DNA of 15,729 bases, taken from assembly GCA_041640455.1 (NCBI GenBank), contig JBEQAF010000050.1, forward strand, positions 1-15,729, read 5' to 3'. Within the stretch, counting starts at the first letter, position 1; every line of letters begins with the position of its first letter. The translations under genes and the position numbers were made by a program. This stretch comes from a bacterium (GTDB lineage Bacteria > CALINM01). This document shows, piece after piece, positions 1-10,141 of this stretch. The notes below the pieces were generated by a model that searched no databases, was not told the origin of the DNA, and saw only the letters and a list, made by a program, of their open reading frames with translations.

Positions 1-1401
1 TCAGGCATCCTTTCACCTTACGATGCCTATGATCTGGTAAAGGCATTGAAAGAGAATATTAAGGTTCCCATAAATGTTCATTCCCATTATACCAGCGGAA
101 TGGCTGCTATGGCTATGTTAAAAGCCGTTGAGGCGGGTGCTGATATTATAGATACCTGTATATCTCCCTTTGCTTTAAGAACATCCCATCCTGCCATAGA
201 GCCCATATATGTAACCCTTGAAGGGACAGAGAGAGAGGCAGAGCTTGATCTGGAGAGAATAATAAAAATTGGCGAACATCTCGAAAAAATAGCACCAAAG
301 TACAGGCATCTTATGGATGATACCAAACTCTCCATCATAGATGTGGGAGTATTACTACATCAGATACCCGGCGGAATGTTCTCAAATCTTGTTAACCAGC
401 TTAGAGAGGCTGATGCGCTTGATAAACTTCCTGATGTTTATAAGGAGCTGCCTGAAACAAGGAAGGAGTTAGGTTACCCTCCTCTGGTTACCCCAACAAG
501 CCAGATAGTGGGTATTCAGGCAGTACAGAACGTGCTTTTTGGAAGATGGAAAATGATAAATGCACAGGTAAGGGATTACTGCTACGGTCTTTATGGAAGA
601 CCGCCCAGACCGATTGCCAAAAATGTGCTCGATGCTGCTCTTAAAAATTATGACAAGGGTAATAAGCCCATAGATGTAAGACCGGCAGATACGCTTTCTC
701 CCGAGCTTGAAAAGGCTAAGGAAGCCATTAAAGATATATCAACCAATATGGATGATGTGCTTACCTATGCTTTATTTCCTGTTACGGGCTTAAAATTTCT
801 TAGGTGGAAATATAATATTGAGCCTATGCCCGACGAGGTAAAGCCTAAAACTCTTGAAGATGTTAAAAAAGAACAGGAGCTTATTGAAAAGGCAAAAAAG
901 GGTCTGCTTGTAGAAAAGCCCAAGGTAGAGCTATCTGAAAATGCCAGAAAATTTAATGTGGTTATAGATGGAGAAAGCTTTGTTGTAGCTCTTGAAGAGG
1001 CTGGGGGTGAGGTAAAAAGACAGATACTCACTGCTGAATCGCCAAAGAAAGAGGAGACAAAAAGAACTGAACAGAAAGCTGAGGCAAAGATTGAGGTTAA
1101 AAAGGAAGAGCCCAAACCAGCTGCACCTGTAACACCAGTAGCCCAACAGGCACAGCAGGTGACATCAGCTTCATCCCAACCTGTTTCAGGTAAGGGGATT
1201 TTTGCGCCCATGCCCGGAATTATATCCCGATATGAAAAAGAGATTAACGATGAGGTGGCTGAAGGCGATGTGGTAGTAATACTTGAAGCTATGAAGATGG
1301 AAAATCCGCTCCATGCTGAGTTCAGCGGAAAGATTAAAGCCTTTAACTTTAAGGTGGGCGAATCGGTCAAAAAAGGCGAACTGATAGTAGTGATTGAGTA
1401 A
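1..1401 (+). CDS. Pyruvate/oxaloacetate carboxyltransferase fused to a C-terminal biotin carrier (PycB / OadA / transcarboxylase 5S+1.3S-like); 5'-partial
   Basis: Frame 1 is open from base 1 ([18 protein letters not shown]...), so the gene starts upstream of the window and the listed start at 46 is not the real one. It has the HxH metal motif (HSHYTSG), [21 protein letters not shown], a Lys/Glu/Ala/Pro/Gln-rich linker and the biotinylation motif EAMKM near the C-terminus. Confidence 0.93.
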   Translation, partial: SGILSPYDAYDLVKALKENIKVPINVHSHYTSGMAAMAMLKAVEAGADIIDTCISPFALRTSHPAIEPIYVTLEGTEREAELDLERIIKIGEHLEKIAPKYRHLMDDTKLSIIDVGVLLHQIPGGMFSNLVNQLREADALDKLPDVYKELPETRKELGYPPLVTPTSQIVGIQAVQNVLFGRWKMINAQVRDYCYGLYGRPPRPIAKNVLDAALKNYDKGNKPIDVRPADTLSPELEKAKEAIKDISTNMDDVLTYALFPVTGLKFLRWKYNIEPMPDEVKPKTLEDVKKEQELIEKAKKGLLVEKPKVELSENARKFNVVIDGESFVVALEEAGGEVKRQILTAESPKKEETKRTEQKAEAKIEVKKEEPKPAAPVTPVAQQAQQVTSASSQPVSGKGIFAPMPGIISRYEKEINDEVAEGDVVVILEAMKMENPLHAEFSGKIKAFNFKVGESVKKGELIVVIE

Positions 1402-1415
1402 AGAGGAGGGATAAG

Positions 1416-2975
1416 ATGGATTATATATCCTTGGAAGAAAGATATAGAGATCTGGAAGAAAAGAACAGACTTGCCGAAGATGGTGGTGGTAAGGATAAGG
1501 TTGAAAAACAGCATAAGGCTGGAAAGCTAACAGCCAGAGAGAGGATAGAAAAACTGCTGGACAGGGGTAGTTTTGTTGAGATAGGCAAGTTTGTTACCCA
1601 CAGATGCTACGATTTTGATATGCAGAAGCAGAAGTTTCTTGGTGATGGCATTGTTACGGGATACGGAAGAATTGATGGCAGACTTGTCTATGTTTATGCT
1701 CAGGATTTTACAGTATTTGGCGGATCCCTTAGCCTATCAATGGCTGAGAAAATCTGCAAAATTATGGATCTTGCTATAAAAAATGGCGCACCACTTATAG
1801 GTCTTAACGATTCTGGTGGGGCAAGGATTCAGGAAGGTGTAGGAAGTCTTGCAGGTTTTGCTGACATATTTCTCAGGAATACTCTTGCTTCAGGTGTAAT
1901 CCCCCAGATATCTGTTATTATGGGTCCCTGTGCAGGAGGTGCCGTCTATTCACCGGCCATTACGGATTTCATATTTATGGTAAAAAACACAAGCTACATG
2001 TTTATTACCGGACCTGAAGTTATAAAAGCAGTTACAGGTGAAGAGGTTACCTTTGAAAAGCTTGGCGGCGCCTTAACGCATAATAGCACCTCCGGTTGTG
2101 CACATTTCGCCTCTGAAAACGATGATGATTGTATCAATCAGGTCAGAAGGCTAATAGGTTTTTTACCTCAGAACAATATGGAGGAGTCTCCGCTTGCTGA
2201 ATGTACCGATCCAGCGAACAGAATAGATATGTCCATCCGGGACATTATCCCCGAAAGCCCCAATAAATCTTACAACATTAAGGACATTATATATAAAGTA
2301 GTTGACTACGGCGATTTTATGGAGGTTCATGAGCATTTTGCAAAAAATATAGTAGTTGGTTTTGCAAGATTTAACGGCAGGGCGGTCGGTATAGTTGCCA
2401 ATCAGCCAAACTATCTGGCAGGCTCCCTTGATATTAATGCATCCATGAAGGCGGCAAGATTTGTTAGATTCTGCGATGCCTTTAACATCCCCCTTGTAAC
2501 CTTTGTTGATGTTCCTGGATTTCTTCCAGGCACAAATCAGGAGTATGGCGGAATCATAAAACACGGAGCCAAACTAATCTATGCCTATGCAGAGGCTACA
2601 GTCCCAAAAATTGCTATAATTACAAGAAAGGCTTACGGCGGTGCATACTGTGTTATGTCCAGCAAACACCTGAGATCAGACATAAATTATGCCTATCCTA
2701 CCGCAGAGATTGCTGTTATGGGTCCTGAGGGTGCTGTAAACATAGTTTTTAGAAAGGAGATAGAAGCAGCGGCAGACAAAAAGGCAAGAAGAGAAGAGCT
2801 TATCGCTGAATATCGAAGAAAATTTGCCAACCCCTATAAGGCTGCCGAGCTTGGCTATATTGATGAGGTAATAATGCCTGAGATGACAAGATATAAAATT
2901 ATCCTGGCACTTGAATCTCTTACTAATAAAAGAGATACATTACCGCCAAAAAAACACGGAAATATTCCATTGTAG
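1416..2975 (+). CDS. Acyl-CoA carboxyltransferase subunit (propionyl-CoA carboxylase beta / methylmalonyl-CoA decarboxylase alpha / transcarboxylase 12S family)
   Basis: Motifs [57 protein letters not shown] and C-terminal [19 protein letters not shown] upstream. Confidence 0.95.
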   Translation: MDYISLEERYRDLEEKNRLAEDGGGKDKVEKQHKAGKLTARERIEKLLDRGSFVEIGKFVTHRCYDFDMQKQKFLGDGIVTGYGRIDGRLVYVYAQDFTVFGGSLSLSMAEKICKIMDLAIKNGAPLIGLNDSGGARIQEGVGSLAGFADIFLRNTLASGVIPQISVIMGPCAGGAVYSPAITDFIFMVKNTSYMFITGPEVIKAVTGEEVTFEKLGGALTHNSTSGCAHFASENDDDCINQVRRLIGFLPQNNMEESPLAECTDPANRIDMSIRDIIPESPNKSYNIKDIIYKVVDYGDFMEVHEHFAKNIVVGFARFNGRAVGIVANQPNYLAGSLDINASMKAARFVRFCDAFNIPLVTFVDVPGFLPGTNQEYGGIIKHGAKLIYAYAEATVPKIAIITRKAYGGAYCVMSSKHLRSDINYAYPTAEIAVMGPEGAVNIVFRKEIEAAADKKARREELIAEYRRKFANPYKAAELGYIDEVIMPEMTRYKIILALESLTNKRDTLPPKKHGNIPL

Positions 2976-3017
2976 TAGTAATCAAGCCAATTATTACCCT
3001 ATTTTCGGGAGGAAGGT

Positions 3018-4676
3018 ATGGAAGATATAAATCAGATAAAAAGTGAAAAAGAAAGATGGGAAAACGGTCAGGTTAAAAAATCAATCGAAAAATTCCCGGA
3101 ACGAAAAAAAGAGTTTAAAACCTTTTCAAATATTGAGATAAAAAGGCTTTACACTCCAGCGGATGTGAAGTTCAGCTATCTTAAGGATCTTGGATTTCCT
3201 GGCGAGTTTCCATTTACCAGAGGCGTTCAGCCCACCATGTATCGAGGAAGACTATGGACCATGAGGCAGTATGCTGGCTTTGGAACAGCAGAGGATACTA
3301 ACAAAAGATATCATTATCTATTGAAGGCTGGACAGACAGGGCTTTCGGTTGCCTTTGATCTGCCCACCCAGATAGGCTACGATTCAGATGATCCTATGGC
3401 AGAAGGAGAGGTCGGCAAATGTGGTGTTGCCATTGATACTATAAAAGACATGGAGATACTTTTTGACGGCATTCCGCTGGATAAGGTTACCACATCCATG
3501 ACCATAAACTCTACCTGTGCGATCATACTGGCTATGTATATAGCCGTTGCTGAAAAACAGGGTGTTTCTTCAAAGGAGCTTAAAGGCACAGTTCAGAACG
3601 ATATACTCAAAGAGTACATTGCGAGGGGAACCTATATTTTTCCGCCCGAGCCTTCAATGAGGCTGGTAAGAGATATAATTTTGTACTGTAAGGACAATCT
3701 CCCTCAGTGGAACAGCATATCTATATCAGGTTATCATATTAGAGAGGCAGGCTCAACAGCTGTGCAGGAGGTTGCCTTTACATTAGCAAACGGTATACAT
3801 TACGTTAAAAGCATTACTGAAGCAGGTGTAGATGTGGATGAGTTTGCAGGCAGGCTTTCCTTCTTTTTTAATTCTCACAATAATTTTATAGAAGAGGTAG
3901 CTAAATTCAGAGCTGCCAGAAGGCTCTGGGCAAAGATTATGAAGGAAAGATTCGGCGCAAAAAAACCATCATCCATGATGCTCAGATTCCATACTCAGAC
4001 TGCAGGCTGTACCCTTACAGCCCAGCAGCCTGAAAATAACGTCATAAGGGTAACATTGCAGGCTCTTGCAGCCGTATTGGGAGGAACCCAGTCTCTGCAT
4101 ACCAATTCGAGAGATGAAGCGCTGGCGCTACCAACTGAGGAGTCTGCTCAGATTGCACTAAGAACTCAGCAGATTATTGGTTATGAGAGTGGTGTGTGTG
4201 ATTTTATAGATCCGCTGGGCGGTTCCTATGCGGTTGAGAATCTTACAGACGAGATTGAAGAAAAAGCGACTGAATATATTAATAAGATAGATCAGATGGG
4301 TGGGGTACTGAAAGCCATTGAAAAAGGTTATATTCAGAATGAGATAGCTCAAGCCTCCTATGAATACCAGAAGGCAGTTGAAAGCAAGGATTATATCGTG
4401 GTGGGTGTTAACGAGTTTATAACAAAGGAAGAGGGACAGAAAAATATTCTCAGGGTTGATACAGAGAAAGAAGAGTTTCAGAAGAACAAACTCAGAAAGG
4501 TAAAGGCAGAAAGAGACAACGATAAGGTTAAAAAATGTCTCGAAACACTTAAAAATATTGCCAGAACTGATGAAAATCTCATGCCAGCCATCATTGATGC
4601 CGTAAAAGCCTGTGCATCCATAGGTGAGATTTCAAATGCACTGAGAGAAGTATTTGGCGAATTCAAAGAAGTTTAA
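3018..4676 (+). CDS. Methylmalonyl-CoA mutase, large substrate-binding subunit
   Basis: [69 protein letters not shown]. No B12 domain (split enzyme). Tyr in RQYAGF and Arg in ARGTY match the methylmalonyl-CoA specificity residues. SD GGAGG. Confidence 0.95.
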   Translation: MEDINQIKSEKERWENGQVKKSIEKFPERKKEFKTFSNIEIKRLYTPADVKFSYLKDLGFPGEFPFTRGVQPTMYRGRLWTMRQYAGFGTAEDTNKRYHYLLKAGQTGLSVAFDLPTQIGYDSDDPMAEGEVGKCGVAIDTIKDMEILFDGIPLDKVTTSMTINSTCAIILAMYIAVAEKQGVSSKELKGTVQNDILKEYIARGTYIFPPEPSMRLVRDIILYCKDNLPQWNSISISGYHIREAGSTAVQEVAFTLANGIHYVKSITEAGVDVDEFAGRLSFFFNSHNNFIEEVAKFRAARRLWAKIMKERFGAKKPSSMMLRFHTQTAGCTLTAQQPENNVIRVTLQALAAVLGGTQSLHTNSRDEALALPTEESAQIALRTQQIIGYESGVCDFIDPLGGSYAVENLTDEIEEKATEYINKIDQMGGVLKAIEKGYIQNEIAQASYEYQKAVESKDYIVVGVNEFITKEEGQKNILRVDTEKEEFQKNKLRKVKAERDNDKVKKCLETLKNIARTDENLMPAIIDAVKACASIGEISNALREVFGEFKEV

Positions 4677-4708
4677 TATAGATTTAAGATCAGTAAGGGA
4701 GGAAAGAT

Positions 4709-5116
4709 ATGAGAAAGATCAGGGTATTAGTTGCAAAACCGGGACTTGACGGACACGACAGGGGCGCAAAATACGTGGCAAGGGCTTTAAGAGACGCCGG
4801 TTTTGAAGTTATATATACAGGCATACGCCAGACACCGGAGCAGATTGTTAACACAGCTATTCAGGAAGATGTGGATTTTATAGGTCTTTCATGTCTTTCT
4901 GGCGCTCACAATACGCTGTTTCCAAAGGTTGTAAAACTATTGCAAGAAAAAAATGCTCAGGATATAATAGTTTTCGGCGGCGGCGTTATTCCTGTCGAAG
5001 ATGTGGAGTATCTTAAAAGTCAGGGCATAAAAGAGATTTTCGGACCGGGAACCCCGTCCGAAGTCTTTATTAACTTTATTAAAAATAACGCAGATCCGGA
5101 GGCTAAAAATGTATAA
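4709..5116 (+). CDS. Methylmalonyl-CoA mutase, small cobalamin-binding subunit
   Basis: [10 protein letters not shown] (DxHxxG B12 motif), [28 protein letters not shown]. Confidence 0.95.
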   Translation: MRKIRVLVAKPGLDGHDRGAKYVARALRDAGFEVIYTGIRQTPEQIVNTAIQEDVDFIGLSCLSGAHNTLFPKVVKLLQEKNAQDIIVFGGGVIPVEDVEYLKSQGIKEIFGPGTPSEVFINFIKNNADPEAKNV

Positions 5117-5525
5117 AAAAATCAGCCATATTGGTATTGCTGTCAAAAGCATAGAAGAATCGGCAAAGTTTTATACCGATACATTAGGCTGGGTAATGGA
5201 AGGGATTGAAGAGGTTTCAGATCAGAAAGTGAAAGTTTGTTTTTTCACAATAGGTGAGACCAGAATTGAGCTTGTGGAGCCCACAGAAGCAGGGACAGGT
5301 GTTTATAAATTTCTGGAAGAAAAAGGTTTTAAAGATACAGTGCACCATATTGCCTACGAGGTTGATAACATTGAAAAGGAGCTGGAAAGGCTTAAAGGCT
5401 TAGGTACAAAGCTCATAGATGAGAAGCCAAGGAAAGGTGCTCACAATATGAAGATAGCCTTTCTGCATCCGAAAGCAAGCAATGGTGTTCTTGTTGAAAT
5501 ATGTGAGCCTATGGAAAAACATTAA
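5109..5525 (+). CDS. mce: Methylmalonyl-CoA epimerase (VOC fold)
   Basis: [39 protein letters not shown]; adjacent to the mutase genes and overlapping the previous gene by 8 nt. Confidence 0.93.
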   Translation: MYKKISHIGIAVKSIEESAKFYTDTLGWVMEGIEEVSDQKVKVCFFTIGETRIELVEPTEAGTGVYKFLEEKGFKDTVHHIAYEVDNIEKELERLKGLGTKLIDEKPRKGAHNMKIAFLHPKASNGVLVEICEPMEKH

Positions 5526-5540
5526 AGAAGGGGGTAAAAG

Positions 5541-6356
5541 GTGAGAGTAGTAGTTTGTGTAAAACAGGTACCAGACACAACAGAGGTAAAAATTAATCCA
5601 GAAACGAATACCCTTATGAGGGAAGGGGTTCAGTCCATAGTCAACCCCTTTGATGAGTTTGCCATAGAAGAGGGTATAAGGATTAAGGAAAAATTTGGTG
5701 GTGAGACCATTGTAATCACAATGGGACCGCCTCAGGCAGAGGAAGTTTTAAAGACAGCGCTTGCAATGGGTTGCGATAAGGCATATCTGGTATCCGATAG
5801 GGCTTTTGCAGGTTCAGACACGCTGGCAACAGCTTATACGCTTGCTTCAGCAATTAAAAAGATTGAAGAGAAAGACGGTCCAGTTGATGTGGTAATCTGT
5901 GGTAAACAGGCAATAGACGGGGACACCGGACAGGTAGGACCCGGAATAGCAGTAAGGCTTAACATACCTCCGCTAACCTATGTGTCAAAGATCAGAGAGA
6001 TTGATCCAGAGAAAAAGACCATAGTTGTGGAAAGGCTTATGGAAAGAGGAAAGGAAGTTGTTAAAAGCTCACTACCTGTTCTTATTACGGTTGTTAAAGA
6101 TATTAACTCACCAAGATATCCGTCTTTGTTTGAAATTAAAAAAGCTGCAAAGAAACCTATGTCAAAGCTGGGGCTCTCAGATCTCGGGATCTGTGAAACT
6201 AAAACCGGTCTTAAAGGTTCACCTACCTGGGTTGAAAAGGTATTCTCACCGGAACTTAAAAGCGTTAACGGTGAGATCTTTCAAGGAGAACCGGAAGAAT
6301 GTGCTGCCAAGCTTGTTGATAGAATAATCAATCTTGGAAAAGGAGTGAAAATATGA
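5541..6356 (+). CDS. etfB: Electron transfer flavoprotein beta subunit (EtfB/FixA)
   Basis: VCVKQVPDT, NPFDEFAIEE, DRAFAGSDTLAT, GKQAIDGDTGQVGPG. GTG start after a G-rich SD. Confidence 0.95.
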   Translation: MRVVVCVKQVPDTTEVKINPETNTLMREGVQSIVNPFDEFAIEEGIRIKEKFGGETIVITMGPPQAEEVLKTALAMGCDKAYLVSDRAFAGSDTLATAYTLASAIKKIEEKDGPVDVVICGKQAIDGDTGQVGPGIAVRLNIPPLTYVSKIREIDPEKKTIVVERLMERGKEVVKSSLPVLITVVKDINSPRYPSLFEIKKAAKKPMSKLGLSDLGICETKTGLKGSPTWVEKVFSPELKSVNGEIFQGEPEECAAKLVDRIINLGKGVKI

Positions 6357-7543
6357 GCTACGTAGTTATTAATAAAGAAGCCTGTATCGGCTGTGAAGCC
6401 TGTATACCCACCTGTCCACAGGCTGCTCTGTATATGAAAGATGGAAAGGCAGAGGTAAATGAAAAATGCAACCTCTGTGGAGCATGTATAAGCGTATGTC
6501 CTGTAAATGCTCTTTCTATTCCGAGAGAGATTAAGGATGCATCTGCCCTTGCAGATTACAAAGGAGTATGGGTGCTAGTGGAGCATGACGGGAAAAAACC
6601 CGTTACAGTTACCTATGAGCTTATAGGAGAGGCAAGAAAGCTTGCTGACAAAAGAAATACCTATGTGGGAGCAGTCCTGCTCGGAAATAATGTGGAAGCT
6701 ATGGCAGATGATCTTGGTAGTTATGGAGCCGATAAGGTTTATTTGTGCCAGGCACCTGTGCTTGAACATTATAGAACCGAGCCCTATGGCGATGTTATTG
6801 TTGAGCTTGTAAAAAAGTATAAACCCGAGATAGTGCTTTCTGGTGCTACCACTCAGGGTAGGGATCTTGCTGGTTTTGTAGCAACCATACTTGAAACAGG
6901 TCTCACTGCAGATTGCACAGGACTGGACATTGATGAGGCATCGGGCAATCTACTTCAGACAAGACCTGCCTTTGGTGGCAATATTATGGCAACCATACTA
7001 TGTCCTAACACAAGACCCCAGATGTCCACTGTGAGACCAAAAGTATTCCCAGTTCCTGAAAAAACAGATAAAAAGCCAGAGATTATTAATTTTGAATTTG
7101 ATTTTTCAAAGATTAACATAAGAACCGAGGTTTTAGAATATCTTCCCTTTGAGGAAAAGATCAGCCTTGCAGATGCGGAGATTATCGTATCAGGCGGAAG
7201 AGGACTGGGCAAACCTGAAAATTTTGAAATTATAAAAGAGTTTGCCGATACTATTGGTGCTGCTGTTGGTGCTTCAAGAGCTGCTGTCGATGCAGGATGG
7301 ATATCCTATGAGCATCAGGTAGGTCAGACTGGAAAAACTGTTAGACCTAAGATATACATTGCCTGCGGTATATCTGGCTCTGTTCAGCATCTTGCAGGTA
7401 TGAAACATTCAGATATAATAATAGCAATTAATAAAGATCCAGAAGCTCCCATATTCAAGGTGGCAAGCTACGGTATTGTGGGTGATGTGATGACAATTAT
7501 TCCGCTTATGACAAAGGAGCTAAAAAAAAGATTAAATGCCTAA
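6353..7543 (+). CDS. etfA: Electron transfer flavoprotein alpha subunit with N-terminal 2x[4Fe-4S] ferredoxin domain
   Basis: N-terminal CIGCEACIPTCP and CNLCGACISVCP, then GLTADCT, TRPAFGGN, VSGGRG, ASRAAVDAGW, QVGQTGKTV, GISGSVQH, AINKD. ATGA overlap with etfB. Confidence 0.95.
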   Translation: MSYVVINKEACIGCEACIPTCPQAALYMKDGKAEVNEKCNLCGACISVCPVNALSIPREIKDASALADYKGVWVLVEHDGKKPVTVTYELIGEARKLADKRNTYVGAVLLGNNVEAMADDLGSYGADKVYLCQAPVLEHYRTEPYGDVIVELVKKYKPEIVLSGATTQGRDLAGFVATILETGLTADCTGLDIDEASGNLLQTRPAFGGNIMATILCPNTRPQMSTVRPKVFPVPEKTDKKPEIINFEFDFSKINIRTEVLEYLPFEEKISLADAEIIVSGGRGLGKPENFEIIKEFADTIGAAVGASRAAVDAGWISYEHQVGQTGKTVRPKIYIACGISGSVQHLAGMKHSDIIIAINKDPEAPIFKVASYGIVGDVMTIIPLMTKELKKRLNA

Positions 7544-8406
7544 TTGCTTAAGGGTAGAAGAATAATAAATTTTGTCCCTTCTTCTACCCTGCTTTCTACA
7601 GAGATCTTACCGTTATGTCTTTCAACAATCTCTTTTGAAATAGAGAGCCCGATACCAGTCCCCTCTCCTGGCGGTTTGGTGGTAAAAAAAGGCGAGAAAA
7701 CTTTATCAAGATACTCTTTTTTTATCCCTTTACCTGTATCTTCTACCTCAATTTTTATATAATCGTCCTCTTTCATAGTTCTTAAAAATATTTTGCCTCC
7801 CCGTTCAGACATAGCCTGAGCAGCATTTATTATCATATTTACAAGAACCTGTTGTATCTGTCCTTTATTAAAATAAAAGGGTTTTACCTCATCGCTTAAT
7901 TGGGTCAAAATTTTTACATTTTTAAACCTTGATAGATAGTGCTCGGTTAACTTTACTGTCTCGTTTATTAAAAGGTTCATATCATTAAGCTGTTTCTCAG
8001 TTGCCTTCGGTTTGTAATAATCTCTTAATCTTTCCATGATACCCTGAATCCTATCCAGCTCAGTTTTCACTATCTGTAAATAGCTTTTTCCTTTTTCGTC
8101 GTTAATAAAGGTCTCCAGCCTGTTTATCATGACAAAAATTAATATAAGCGGATTTTTTATCTCATGGGCTAAAGAAGCCGCCATAATCCCGAGGGTAAAA
8201 AATCGCTCATTCTGAGCCATTATGGTTCTTATCTCCTCAATAGATTTATCTTTGTTTTTTATCTCCTTTACCTTGTTTCTAAGCTCTCTGTATAAATCCT
8301 GTTCTTCCTGAAGGTATGAGAGTAGTATCTTCTCCTTAGCAGATGCCAGTGTAAGCAGATGTTCATAAAGGTCTTTAAGCTCTAAAAGCTCTTTCTTATC
8401 ATCCAT
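7540..8406 (-). CDS. Cytoplasmic histidine kinase (HisKA + HATPase_c, NtrB-like) with N-terminal coiled coil
   Basis: H-box AHEIKNPL, N-box QVLVNMIINAAQAM, G1 DTGKGI, F-box FSPFFTTK, G2 GTGIGLSI. No transmembrane segment or recognisable sensor domain before the H-box. Confidence 0.92.
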   Translation of the reverse strand: MDDKKELLELKDLYEHLLTLASAKEKILLSYLQEEQDLYRELRNKVKEIKNKDKSIEEIRTIMAQNERFFTLGIMAASLAHEIKNPLILIFVMINRLETFINDEKGKSYLQIVKTELDRIQGIMERLRDYYKPKATEKQLNDMNLLINETVKLTEHYLSRFKNVKILTQLSDEVKPFYFNKGQIQQVLVNMIINAAQAMSERGGKIFLRTMKEDDYIKIEVEDTGKGIKKEYLDKVFSPFFTTKPPGEGTGIGLSISKEIVERHNGKISVESRVEEGTKFIILLPLSN

Positions 8407-8407
8407 A

Positions 8408-8860
8408 TTAAAAAAGCTCTATAACAAACTCGCAGAAGCCGTCACCTAATGTCCAGCTTTTGGTCTGGGTACCCTTTGTTTTTGTGCCCGTAATCTTTTC
8501 GTAACCACCAGCTATAAATCCACATTCAAGGTCGCATATGAGCTCGCCAGTAATAGGAAATCCGGCGCAGGTCATGCACTCATAAAGATGAATAACGATA
8601 ATATCCTCAGTCTTGTTGAAAATTTTTGGCAGACCTATTCCCAGTTTTTCAATAAGAGCAAGGAGCTCTTCCTCAGTTTTAATTTCAAACTTAGAGGATA
8701 GAATTTTACCCAGCCTGTATAATACAGGACCTGTGCTGTCTCCGAATAACTCCTTCATCCCAGATACACGGAGCAGTCTGTAGGTCTCCAGAGGAAGTAT
8801 TCCTTTAAGCTTGGGTCTTACAAAGGAGGTAAAGGCTTCAAAGGTATATTTTTCATCCAT
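8408..8860 (-). CDS. Stand-alone V4R (4-vinyl reductase-like) domain protein
   Basis: Pattern LY..G, ECMTCAG.P..G..ICDLECGFIAG, W.LGDGFCEF and ~150 aa length resemble stand-alone V4R proteins. Confidence 0.8.
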   Translation of the reverse strand: MDEKYTFEAFTSFVRPKLKGILPLETYRLLRVSGMKELFGDSTGPVLYRLGKILSSKFEIKTEEELLALIEKLGIGLPKIFNKTEDIIVIHLYECMTCAGFPITGELICDLECGFIAGGYEKITGTKTKGTQTKSWTLGDGFCEFVIELF

Positions 8861-8862
8861 AA

Positions 8863-9318
8863 TTAATCCTCATCTCTATAGGCGTAGCAGGTATTTTTTA
8901 AATACTGCCTTGATATTCTTATCTTTTCATCGTCAGAAAGTTTCTTAAAGTCATCTGAAAAATAATTTATATGTTTTCCTATAAGTATTGTGCTTGCAAG
9001 TTTTATGGCATTCTCTACAAGCTCATAAAGATGCACACAGCCAGACTTTCCTGTCAGGAGGGACTGTATCTCCTTCAGAACACCTCTGTTAACAACTAAA
9101 CCTTCCAGACGGGGAATAAGAGATTCTGTTTTCATACATACCCTGTAAGGTGTTTTGTAATATTTTCCCGTAGCCTTTTTTATCTTTTTTGTCTTTAGAT
9201 CTATTACTAACATTACCTCAAAGATATGAGCAAAATCGGTAAGCTGGGACATTATGAGCAGATCCTCTTTGTTTATCTCCTGCACATTTGAGTTTATAGT
9301 TCTAAAAATAAAATCCAT
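8863..9318 (-). CDS. DUF2889-like Cys/His protein
   Basis: Motifs D..H, PY.VC, GCVHL.EL and C-terminal NTCYAY resemble DUF2889; 2-nt gap to the V4R gene. Confidence 0.65.
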   Translation of the reverse strand: MDFIFRTINSNVQEINKEDLLIMSQLTDFAHIFEVMLVIDLKTKKIKKATGKYYKTPYRVCMKTESLIPRLEGLVVNRGVLKEIQSLLTGKSGCVHLYELVENAIKLASTILIGKHINYFSDDFKKLSDDEKIRISRQYLKNTCYAYRDED

Positions 9319-9429
9319 ACTAAACTTAATATCAGATAACAGCTCAAAAATAAAGATAAAAATATATGAAATTATTATGTGAGCTGCTTTACAAGCAAAT
9401 TTTTTAGAATATGGTCTTTAAAAAAGATA

Positions 9430-9459
9430 CATGTGACATTTTAAAATAGTAACCACAAA
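9430..9459 (+). repeat. Direct repeat copy A (CATGTGACATTTTAAAATAGTAACCACAAA)
   Basis: 29/30 identical to 10569-10598 by direct comparison. Confidence 0.9.
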
Positions 9460-9472
9460 TTTTTATCGTTTC

Positions 9473-9501
9473 TTGAAATATAGTAAAATATCTGTTATGG
9501 T
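9473..9501 (+). promoter_or_regulatory. Putative sigma70 promoter of the nucleotidyltransferase cassette
   Basis: TTGAAA (9473-9478), 17-bp spacer, TATGGT (9496-9501), with an extended -10 TG at 9493-9494. Confidence 0.55.
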
Positions 9502-9565
9502 ATAGAAAATATTGGAGAAGTTTAGAAAAATTTATTAACAATGCAAATTAAGAGAAGTTGCCGAT

Positions 9566-10141
9566 ATGAATTTTATAAATAAAGCTGAAATACTTGAAAT
9601 AATTAAAAATACCCAATCTCCATTAAAAAGGCAGCTACTAATAGTAGCGTTGATTACAAAACTACTGGAAGAAAAAGGGAAGGATATACCTATTGTTATA
9701 GGTGGCTGTGCATTGTCATACTATTCGAGAGAGGTCTATTTCACGGCAGATATAGATTTAGCATATGCTGACAGAGAGACGTTAAATGAAGTTTTAAGCT
9801 CTGTGGGTTTTACAAAACAAGGCAGATACTGGATTAATGAAGACCTGAAGGTTGCAGTGGAGGCTCCACTATCAGTGCTTGTAGGAGAGGATTCTCCAAT
9901 AGAGGTCGTTGAGTTTGAAAATGGTCTTCAATGCAGGATTATCGGTATAGAGGATTTGATAATAGATCGTCTAAATGCTTGCAAATACTGGATGTCTTCA
10001 ATAGACTGTGAAATGGTGGAGTTACTTATTAAAAGGTATTTTAAAGAGATTGATTGGGCATATTTAGAAAAGAAAGCAGCATTGCCTGAAAATAGTAGCT
10101 TATCAGAACTTTTAGAGTTAAAAAAAAGGGTTAATCTGTGA
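9566..10141 (+). CDS. Pol-beta-superfamily nucleotidyltransferase (DUF6036 / AbiEii-like)
   Basis: IVIGGCAL...FTADIDL (GG plus T-x-D-x-D catalytic signature) and a later EDLIIDRL helix typical of these NTases. Confidence 0.75.
   Translation: MNFINKAEILEIIKNTQSPLKRQLLIVALITKLLEEKGKDIPIVIGGCALSYYSREVYFTADIDLAYADRETLNEVLSSVGFTKQGRYWINEDLKVAVEAPLSVLVGEDSPIEVVEFENGLQCRIIGIEDLIIDRLNACKYWMSSIDCEMVELLIKRYFKEIDWAYLEKKAALPENSSLSELLELKKRVNL

Noticed and set aside
765..1514. 249-aa minus-strand ORF and the other short antisense or alternate-frame ORFs inside the large genes
   Set aside because: They lie within or across well-supported genes, are Ser/Phe/Ile-rich shadows of the coding strand, and show no motifs.
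2976..3017. Cobalamin riboswitch or terminator before the mutase
   Set aside because: The gap is only 42 nt and has no B12-box or hairpin.
3018..4676. Isobutyryl-CoA or 2-hydroxyisobutyryl-CoA mutase identity
   Set aside because: The specificity positions are Tyr (RQYAGF) and Arg (ARGTY), and an epimerase is adjacent, which fits methylmalonyl-CoA mutase.
8404..9318. All three minus-strand genes begin ATGGAT (Met-Asp)
   Set aside because: Too short to be significant; other genes here also start Met-Asp, and there is no extended shared sequence.
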